From Eledone cirrhosa (lineage: Eukaryota): a stretch of DNA of 64,000 nt. The notes below the pieces were generated by a model that worked only from the letters and a program-made list of their open reading frames with translations, was not told the origin of the DNA and did no database searches. The stretch spans positions 321,594,001 through 321,658,000 of the forward strand of contig OZ024743.1 of the NCBI GenBank assembly GCA_964016885.1. Direction: 5' to 3'. Position 1 is the first letter of the stretch. Each line of letters begins with the position of its first letter. Shown here piece by piece: positions 54,681-64,000 of this stretch. A program made the translations under genes and the position numbers.

Positions 54681-57665
54681 GTTAAAGTGGACCCACACAG
54701 CAACATCGTGTTGAAGTGGAGACACACAGCAACATTGTGTTGAAGTGGAGTCACACAGCAATATTGTGTTGACGTGGAGCCACACAGCAACATTGTGTTG
54801 AAGTGGAGCTACACAGCAACATTGTGCTGGAGTGGAGCTACACAGCAACATTGTGCTGAAGTGGAGTCACACAGCAATGTTGTGTTGAAGTGGATCTACA
54901 CAGCAACATTGTGCTGAAGTGGAGCCACACAGCAACATTGTGTTGAAGTGGTGCGACACAGCAACATTGTGTTGAAGAGGAACCACACAGCACATTGTGC
55001 TGAAGTGGAGCCACACAGCAACATTGTGTTGAAGTGGAGCCACACAGCAACATTGTGTTCAAGTGGAGCCACATAGCAACATTGTGTTGAAGTGGAGCCA
55101 CACATCAACATTGTGTTGAAGTGGAGCCACACAGCAACATTGTGTTGAAGTGGAGCCACATAGCAACATTGTGTTGAAGTGGAGACACACAGCAACATTG
55201 TGTTGAAGTGGAGTCACACAGCAACATTGTGTTGAAGTGGAGCCACACAGCAATATTGTGTTGAAGTGGACCCACACAGCAACATTGTGTTGAAGTGGAG
55301 CCACACATCAACATTGTGTTGAAGTGGAGCCACACAGCAACATTGTGTTGAAGTGGAGCCACACAGCAACATTGTGTTGAAGTGGAGCCACACAGCAACA
55401 TTGTGTTGAAGTGGAGCCACACAGCAATATTGTGTTGAAGTGGACCCACTCAGCAACATTGTGTTGAAGTGGAGCCAGACATCAACATTGTGTTGAAGTG
55501 GAGCCACACAGCAACATTGTGTTGAAGTGGAGCCACACAGCAACATCGTGTTGAAGTGGAGCCACACAGCAACATTGTGTTGAAGTGGAGCCACACAGCA
55601 ACATTGTGTTGAAGTGGACCCACACATCAACATCGTCTTGAAGTGGAGACACACAGCAACATTGTGCTGAAGGGGAGCCACACAGCAACATTGTTTGGAG
55701 TGGATCCACACAGCAACATTGTGTTGAAGTGGAGCGACACAGCAACATTGTGCTGAAGGGGAGCCACACAGCAACATTGTGTTGAAGTGGAGTCATACAG
55801 CGACATTGTGTTGAAGTGGAGCCACATAGCAACATTGTGTTGAAGTGGAGGCCACACAGCAACATTGTGCTGAAGTGGAGCTACACAGCAACATTGTGCT
55901 GTAGTGGAGTCACACAGCAACATTGTGTTGAAGTGGAGTCACACAGCAATATTGTGTTGACGTGGACCCACACAGCAACATTGTGTTGAAGTGGAGCTAC
56001 ACAGCAACATTGTGCTGGAGTGGAGCTACACAGCAACATTGTGTTGAAGTGGAGTCACACAGCAACATTGTGTTGAATTGGAGCTACACAGCAACATTGT
56101 GCTGAAGTGGAGCCACACAGCAACATTGTGTTGAAATGGTGCCACACAGCAACATTGTGTTGAAGTGGAAGCACACAGCAACATTGTGTTGAAGTGGAGC
56201 CACACAGCAACATTGTGTTGAAGGGGAGCCACACAGCAACATTGTGTTGAAGTGGGGCCACACAGCAACATTGTGTTGAAGTGGAGCCACACAGCAACAT
56301 TGTGCTGAAGTTGAACCACATAGCAACATTGTCCTGAATTCGAGCCACACAGCAACATTGTGTTGTAGTGGAACCACACAGCAATATTGTGTTGAAGTGG
56401 AGCCACACAGCAACATTGTGTTGAAGTGGACCTACACAGCAACATTGTGTTGAAGTGGAGCCAAACAGCGCAACATTGTGTTGAAGTAGAGCCACATAGC
56501 AGCATTGTCCTGAAGTGGAACCACACAGCAACATTAGTGCTGAAGTGGAGCCACATAGCAACATTGTCCTGAAGTAGAGCCACATAGCAACATTGTCCTG
56601 AAGTGGAGCTACACAGCAACATTGTGCTGAAGTGGCGCCACACAGCAACATTGTGTTGAAGTGGAGCCACACAGCAACATTGTGTTGAAGGGGACCCACA
56701 CAGCAACATTGTGTTGAAGTGGTGCCACATAGCAACATTGTGTTGAAGTGGAGACACACAGCAACATTGTGTTGAAGTGGAGTCTCACAGCAACATTGTG
56801 TTGAAGTGGAGCCACACAGAAAAATTGTGTTGAAGTGGACCCACACAGCAATATTGTGTTGAAGTGGAGCCCCACATCAACATTGTGTTGAAGTGGAGCC
56901 ACACAGCAACATTGTGTTGAAGTGGATCCACACAGCAACATTGTGTTGAAGTGGAGCCACACAGCAACATTGTGTTGAAGTTGAGCCACACAGCAATATT
57001 GTGTTGAAGGGGACCCACACAGCAACATTGTGTTGAAGTGGAGCCACACAGCAACATTGTGTTGAAGTGGAGCCACACAGCAACATTGTGTTGAAGTGGA
57101 CCCACACAGCAACATCGTGTTGAAGTGGAGACACACAGCAACATTGTGTTGAAGGGGAGCCACACAGCAACATTGTGTTGAAGTGGAGCCACACAGCAAC
57201 ATTGTGTTGAAGTGGAACGTCACAGCAACATTGTGTTGAAGTGGAGGCCACACAGCAACATTGTGCTGAAGTGGAGCTACACAGCAACATTGTGCTGAAG
57301 AGGAGTCACACCGCAACATTGTGTTGAAGTGGAGTCACACAGCAATATTGTGTTGACGTGGAGCCATACTGCAACATTGTGTTGAAGTGGAGCTACACAG
57401 CAACATTGTGCTGGAGTGGAGCTACACAGCAACATTGTGCTGAAGTGGAGTCACACAGCAACATTGTGTTGAAGTGGAGCTACACAGCAACATTGTGCTG
57501 AAGTGGAACCACACAGCAACATTGTGCTGAAGTGGAGCCACACAGCAACATTGTGTTGAAGTGGAGCCATGAAGCAACATTGTGTTCAAGTGGAGCCACA
57601 TAGCAACATTGTGTTGAAGTGGAGCCACACATCAACATTGTGTTGAAGTGGAGCCACACAGCAAC

Positions 57666-60600
57666 ATTGTGTTGAAGTGGAGCCACACAGCAACATTGTG
57701 TTGAAGTGGAGCCACATAGCATCATTGTGTTGAAGTGGAGACACACAGCAACATTGTGTTGAAGTGGAGCCACACAGCAACATTGTGTTGAAGTGGAACC
57801 ACACAGCAACAATGTGTTGAAGTGGAGCCACACATCAACATTGTGTTGAAGTGGAGCCACACAACAACATTGTGTTGAAGTGGAGCCACATAGCAACATT
57901 GTGTTGAAGTGGAGACACACAGCAACATTGTGTTGAAGTGGAGTCACACAGCCACATTGTGTTGAAGTGGAGCCACACAGCAATATTGTGTTGAAGTGGA
58001 CCCACACAGCAACATTGTGTTGAAGTGGAGCCACACATCAACATTGTGTTGAAGTGGAGCCACACAGCAACGTTGTGTTGAAGTGGAGCCACACAGCAAC
58101 ATTAGTGCTGAAGTGGAGCGACATAGCAACATTGTCCTGAAGTGGAGCCACATAGCAACATTGTCCTGAAGTGGAGCTACACAGCAACATTGTGCTGAAG
58201 TGGCGCCACACAGCAACATTGTGTTGAAGTGGAGCCACACAGCAACATTGTGTTGAAGGGGACCCACACAGCAACATTGTGTTGAAGTGGAGCCACACAG
58301 CAACATTGTGTTGAAGTGGAGCCACACAGCAATATTGTGCTGAAGTGGATCTACACAGCAACATTGTGTTGAAGTAGAGCCACACAGCAACATTGTGTTC
58401 AAGTGGAGCCACATAGCAACATTGTGTTGAAGTGGAGACACACAGCAACATTGTGTTGAAGTGGAGCCACACAGCAACATTGTGTTGAAGTGGTGCCACA
58501 TAGCAACATTGTGTTGAAGTGGAGACACACAGCAACATTGTGTTGAAGTGGAGTCTCACAGCAACATCGTGTTGAAGTGGAGCCACACAGAAAAATTGTG
58601 TTGAAGTGAACCCACACAGCAATATTGTGTTGAAGTGGAGCCACACATCAACATTGTGTTGAAGTGGAGCCACACAGCAACATTGTGTTGAAGTGGATCC
58701 ACACAGCAACATTGTGTTGAAGTGGAGCCACACAGCAACATTGTGTTGAAGTTGAGCCACACAGCAATATTGTGTTGAAGGGGACCCACACAGCAACATT
58801 GTGTTGAAGTGGAGCCACACAGCAACATTGTGTTGAAGGGGACCCACACAGCAACATTGTGTTGAAGTGGAGCCACACATCAACATTGTGTTGAAGTGGA
58901 CCCACACAGCAACATCGTGTTGAAGTGGAGACACACAGCAACATTGTGTTGAAGGGGAGCCACACAGCAACATTGTGTTGAAGTGGAGCCACACAGCAAC
59001 ATTGTGTTGAAGTGGAACGTCACAGCAACATTCTGTTGTAGTGGAGGCCACACAGCAACATTGTGCTGAAGTGGAGCTACACAGCAACATTGTGCTGAAG
59101 TGGAGTCACACCGCAACATTGTGTTGAAGTGGAGTCACACAGCAATATTGTGTTGACGTGGAGCCACACAGCAACATTGTGTTGAAGTGGAGCTACACAG
59201 CAACATTGTGCTGGAGTGGAGCTACACAGCAACATTGTGCTGAAGTGGAGTCACACAGCAACATTGTGTTGAAGTGGAGCTACACAGCAACATTGTGCTG
59301 AAGTGGAGCCACACAGCAACATTGTGTTGAAATGGTGCCACACAGCAACATTGTGTTGAAGTGGAACCACACAGCAACATTGTGCTGAAGTGGAGCCACA
59401 CAGCAACATTGTGTTGAAGTGGAGCCACGAAGCAACATTGTGTTCAAGTGGAGCCACATAGCAACATTGTGTTGAAGTGGAGCCACACATCAACATTGTG
59501 TTGAAGTGGAGCCACACAGCAACATTGTGTTGAAGTGGAGCCACACAGCAACATTGTGTTGAAGTGGAGCCACATAGCAACATTGTGTTGAAGTGGAGCC
59601 ACACAGCAACATTGTGTTGAAGTGGAGCCACACAGCAACATTGTGTTGAAGTGGAGTCACACAGCAACATTGTGTTGAAGTGGAGTCACACAGCGACATT
59701 GTGTTGAAGTGGAGCCACATAGCAACATTGTGTTGAAGTGGAGGCCACACAGCAACATTGTGCTGAAGTGGAGCTACACAGCAACATTGTGCTGAAGTGG
59801 AGTCACACAGCAACGTTGTGTTGAAGTGGAATCACACAGCAATATTGTGTTGACGTGGAGCTACACAGCAACATTGTGTTGAAGTGGAGCCAAACAGCGC
59901 AACATTGTGTTGAAGTAGAGCCACATAGCAGCATTGTGTTGAAGTGGAGGCCACACAGCAACATTGTGCTGAAGTGGAGCTACACAGCAACATTGTGCTG
60001 AAGTGGACCCACACAGCAATATTGTGTTGAAGTGGAGCCACACATCAACATTGTGTTGAAGTGGAGCCACACGGCAACATTGTGTTGAAGTGGAGCCACA
60101 CAGCAACATTGTGTTGAAGTGGAGCCACACAGCAACGTTGTGTTGAAGTTGAGCCACACAGCAATATTGTGTTGAAGTGGAGCCACACAGCAACATTGTG
60201 TTGAAGTGGAGCCACATAGCATCATTGTGTTGAAGTGGAGACACACAGCAACATTGTGTTGAAGTGGAGCCACACAGCAACATTGTGTTGAAGTGGAACC
60301 ACACAGCAACAATGTGTTGAAGTGGAGCCACACATCAACATTGTGTTGAAGTGGAGCCACACAACAACATTGTGTTGAAGTGGAGCCACATAGCAACAGT
60401 GTGTTGAAGTGGAGACACACAGCAACATTGTGTTGAAGTGGAGTCACACAGCCACATTGTGTTGAAGTGGAGCCACACAGCAATATTGTGTTGAAGTGGA
60501 CCCACACAGCAACATTGTGTTGAAGTGGAGCCACACATCAACATTGTGTTGAAGTGGAGCCACACAGCAACGTTGTGTTGAAGTGGAGCCACACAGCAAC

Positions 60601-62677
60601 ATTAGTGCTGAAGTGGAGCGACATAGCAACATTGTCCTGAAGTGGAGCCACATAGCAACATTGTCCTGAAGTGGAGCTACACAGCAACATTGTGCTGAAG
60701 TGGCGCCACACAGCAACATTGTGTTGAAGTGGAGCCACACAGCAACATTGTGTTGAAGGGGACCCACACAGCAACATTGTGTTGAAGTGGAGCCACACAG
60801 CAACATTGTGTTGAAGTGGAGCCACACAGCAATATTGTGCTGAAGTGGATCTACACAGCAACATTGTGTTGAAGTAGAGCCACACAGCAACATTGTGTTC
60901 AAGTGGAGCCACATAGCAACATTGTGTTGAAGTGGAGACACACAGCAACATTGTGTTGAAGTGGAGCCACACAGCAACATTGTGTTGAAGTGGTGCCACA
61001 TAGCAACATTGTGTTGAAGTGGAGACACACAGCAACATTGTGTTGAAGTGGAGTCTCACAGCAACATCGTGTTGAAGTGGAGCCACACAGAAAAATTGTG
61101 TTGAAGTGAACCCACACAGCAATATTGTGTTGAAGTGGAGCCACACATCAACATTGTGTTGAAGTGGAGCCACACAGCAACATTGTGTTGAAGTGGATCC
61201 ACACAGCAACATTGTGTTGAAGTGGAGCCACACAGCAACATTGTGTTGAAGTTGAGCCACACAGCAATATTGTGTTGAAGGGGACCCACACAGCAACATT
61301 GTGTTGAAGTGGAGCCACACAGCAACATTGTGTTGAAGGGGACCCACACAGCAACATTGTGTTGAAGTGGAGCCACACATCAACATTGTGTTGAAGTGGA
61401 CCCACACAGCAACATCGTGTTGAAGTGGAGACACACAGCAACATTGTGTTGAAGGGGAGCCACACAGCAACATTGTGTTGAAGTGGAGCCACACAACAAC
61501 ATTGTGTTGAAGTGGAACGTCACAGCAACATTCTGTTGTAGTGGAGGCCACACAGCAACATTGTGCTGAAGTGGAGCTACACAGCAACATTGTGCTGAAG
61601 TGGAGTCACACCGCAACATTGTGTTGAAGTGGAGTCACACAGCAATATTGTGTTGACGTGGAGCCACACAGCAACATTGTGTTGAAGTGGAGCTACACAG
61701 CAACATTGTGCTGGAGTGGAGCTACACAGCAACATTGTGCTGAAGTGGAGTCACACAGCAACATTGTGTTGAAGTGGAGCTACACAGCAACATTGTGCTG
61801 AAGTGGAGCCACACAGCAACATTGTGTTGAAATGGTGCCACACAGCAACATTGTGTTGAAGTGGAACCACACAGCAACATTGTGCTGAAGTGGAGCCACA
61901 CAGCAACATTGTGTTGAAGTGGAGCCACGAAGCAACATTGTGTTCAAGTGGAGCCACATAGCAACATTGTGTTGAAGTGGAGCCACACATCAACATTGTG
62001 TTGAAGTGGAGCCACACAGCAACATTGTGTTGAAGTGGAGCCACACAGCAACATTGTGTTGAAGTGGAGCCACATAGCAACATTGTGTTGAAGTGGAGCC
62101 ACACAGCAACATTGTGTTGAAGTGGAGCCACACAGCAACATTGTGTTGAAGTGGAGTCACACAGCAACATTGTGTTGAAGTGGAGTCACACAGCGACATT
62201 GTGTTGAAGTGGAGCCACATAGCAACATTGTGTTGAAGTGGAGGCCACACAGCAACATTGTGCTGAAGTGGAGCTACACAGCAACATTGTGCTGAAGTGG
62301 AGTCACACAGCAACGTTGTGTTGAAGTGGAATCACACAGCAATATTGTGTTGACGTGGAGCCACACAGCAACATTGTGTTGAAGTGGAGCCAAACAGCGC
62401 AACATTGTGTTGAAGTAGAGCCACATAGCAGCATTGTGTTGAAGTGGAGGCCACACAGCAACATTGTGCTGAAGTGGAGCTACACAGCAACATTGTGCTG
62501 AAGTGGACCCACACAGCAATATTGTGTTGAAGTGGAGCCACACATCAACATTGTGTTGAAGTGGAGCCACACGGCAACATTGTGTTGAAGTGGAGCCACA
62601 CAGCAACATTGTGTTGAAGTGGAGCCACACAGCAACATTGTGTTGAAGTTGAGCCACACAGCAATATTGTGTTGAAG
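57666..62677. repeat. Tandem duplication of a 2500-bp (86-monomer) block
   Basis: ATCATTGTGT 57721/60221, GCGCAAC 59897/62397, and ORFs 58038..59090 / 60538..61590. 2500 = 86 x 29 + 6, matching five insertion monomers (+1, +1, +1, +2, +1). Confidence 0.92.
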
Positions 62678-64000
62678 GGGACCCACACAGCAACATTGTG
62701 TTGAAGTGGAGCCACACAGCAACATTGTGTTGAAGTGGAGCCACACAGCAACATTGTGTTGAAGTGGACCCACACAGCAACATCGTGTTGAAGTGGAGAC
62801 ACACAGCAACATTGTGTTGAAGGGGAGCCACACAGCAACATTGTGTTGAAGTGGAGCCACACAGCAACATTGTGTTGAAGTGGAGCGTCAAAGCAACATT
62901 GTGTTGAAGTGGAGGCCACACAGCAACATTGTGCTGAAGTGGAGCTACTCAGCAACATTGTGCTGAAGTGGAGTCACACCGCAACATTGTGTTGAAGTGG
63001 AGTCACACAGCAATATTGTGTTGACGTGGATCCACACAGCAACATTGTGTTGAAGTGGAGCTACACAGCAACATTGTGCTGGAGTGGAGCTACACAGCAA
63101 CATTGTGCTGAAGTGGAGTCACACAGCAACATTGTGTTGAAGTGGAGCTACACAGCAACATTGTGCTGAAGTGGAGCCACACAGCAACATTGTGTTGAAA
63201 TGGTGCCACACAGCAACATTGTGTTGAAGTGGAGCCACACAGCAACATTGTGTTCAAGTGGAGCCACATAGCAACATTGTGTTGAAGTGGAGCCACACAT
63301 CAACATTGTGTTGAAGTGGAGCCACACAGCAACATTGTGTTGAAGTGGAGCCACACAGCAACATTGTGTTGAAGTGGAGCCACATAGCAACATTGTGTTG
63401 AAGTGGAGACACACAGCAACATTGTGTTGAAGTGGAGTCACACAGCAACATTGTGTTGAAGTGGAGTCACACAGCGACATTGTGTTGAAGTGGAGCCACA
63501 TAGCAACATTGTGTTGAAGTGGAGGCCACACAGCAACATTGTGCTGAAGTGGAGCTACACAGCAACATTGTGCTGAAGTGGAGTCACACAGCAACATTGT
63601 GTTGAAGTGGAGTCACACAGCAATATTGTGTTGACGTGGACCCACACAGCAACATTGTGTTGAAGTGGAGTGACACAGCAACATTGTGCTGGAGTGGATC
63701 TACACAGCAACATTGTGCTGAAGTGGAGTCACACAGCAACATTGTGTTGAAGTGGAGCTACACAGCAACATTGTGCTGAAGTGGAGCCACACAGCAACAT
63801 TGTGTTGAAATGGTGCCACACAGCAACATTGTGTTGAAGTGGAACCACACAGCAACATTGTGTTGAAGTGGAGCCACACAACAACATTGTGTTGAAGTGG
63901 AACGTCACAGCAACATTGTGTTGAAGTGGAGGCCACACAGCAACATTGTGCTGAAGTGGAGCTACACAGCAACATTGTGCTGAAGTGGAGTCACACCGCA

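Larger units (their letters stand above)
1..64000. repeat. 29-bp tandem satellite array, consensus GTGGAGCCACACAGCAACATTGTGTTGAA, ~2,200 monomers, single orientation, truncated by both window edges
   Basis: The monomer is directly readable from base 1 (gtggagccac acagcaacat tgtgttgaa|gtgga...) to the last line. Most units differ from consensus by 0-3 substitutions, with occasional 28-, 30- and 31-bp units. No non-repeat sequence was seen. Confidence 0.99.
27000..64000. repeat. Satellite sub-domain R (right variant family)
   Basis: The variants GTCACACCGCAAC, CCACGAAGCAAC, GGAACGTCACAG, AAATGGTGCC and GGAGCCAAACAGCGC recur from ~28.4 kb onward, as does GCTGGAGTGGAG (one earlier copy at ~25375). 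I did not see them left of ~25.3 kb. Confidence 0.8.

Noticed and set aside
123-63975. Hundreds of minus-strand ORFs (60-866 aa) resembling Cys-rich, keratin-associated or metallothionein-like proteins
   Set aside because: They overlap in all three frames with the same peptide, have no unique N- or C-terminal domain, and start and stop at random monomer variants. The 29-bp period is not a codon multiple. They are a by-product of a stop-free repeat strand, so no CDS was called.
1-64000. CRISPR array (29-bp, partly palindromic repeat starting GT and ending TTGAA, reminiscent of CRISPR repeat ends)
   Set aside because: Repeats are directly head-to-tail with no unique spacers, no leader and no cas genes in 64 kb. 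The variation is point mutation inherited in duplicated blocks.
1-64000. Plus-strand coding via TGA recoding (Sec or Trp), since TGA is the only consensus stop
   Set aside because: The consensus plus strand has no ATG and I saw no SECIS-like unique sequence. Indel monomers shift frame freely, and nothing suggests an alternative genetic code.
1-64000. C2H2 zinc-finger (PRDM9-like) minisatellite or other coding tandem repeat
   Set aside because: Zinc-finger arrays have an 84-bp unit with CxxC...HxxxH and TGEKP linkers. The unit here is 29 bp and no frame shows that pattern.
1-64000. Alpha-satellite, CENP-B box or telomeric repeat
   Set aside because: I saw no 171-bp monomer, no TTCG....A..CGGG motif and no TTAGGG-type tracts by eye.
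1-64000. A single fixed higher-order repeat across the window
   Set aside because: Measured offsets (14, 24, 50, 68-70, 74-76, 86, 96, 100, 133 and 147-152 monomers) are heterogeneous. The structure is nested, irregular block duplication.
1-64000. Embedded transposon, inversion, tRNA/rRNA or unique island hidden in the array
   Set aside because: Reading through the lines I found no departure from the monomer longer than a few bases. The ORF track has no plus-strand ORF, which an inverted segment of more than ~200 bp would be expected to produce.

Overview
The whole 64-kb window is one uninterrupted, head-to-tail tandem array of a 29-bp monomer, consensus GTGGAGCCACACAGCAACATTGTGTTGAA (~48% GC, no CpG), about 2,200 copies all in the same orientation and running off both ends. 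It looks like a eukaryotic satellite or giant minisatellite; I cannot assign a named family or taxon from the sequence alone. I see no supportable protein-coding gene, RNA gene, transposon or CRISPR array. The many minus-strand ORFs are artefacts: the reverse-complement monomer has no stop triplet, so all three frames give the same 29-aa repeat. The information lies in the order of variant monomers. There are two sub-family domains (about 1-24.9 kb and 27-64 kb) joined by a more diverged transition zone. A recurring landmark cassette of indel-bearing monomers runs through both. Nested block duplications occur at offsets of 406, 696, 1454, 1975/2033, 2148/2207, 2500, 2789, 2908, 3864, 4273/4418, 5547, ~16,500 and 24,887 bp. 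The monomer is built from two short dyads, and rare variants create a 23-RSS-like geometry. I found no evidence for a novel multi-gene system. Block boundaries were read by eye and are approximate to about one monomer.
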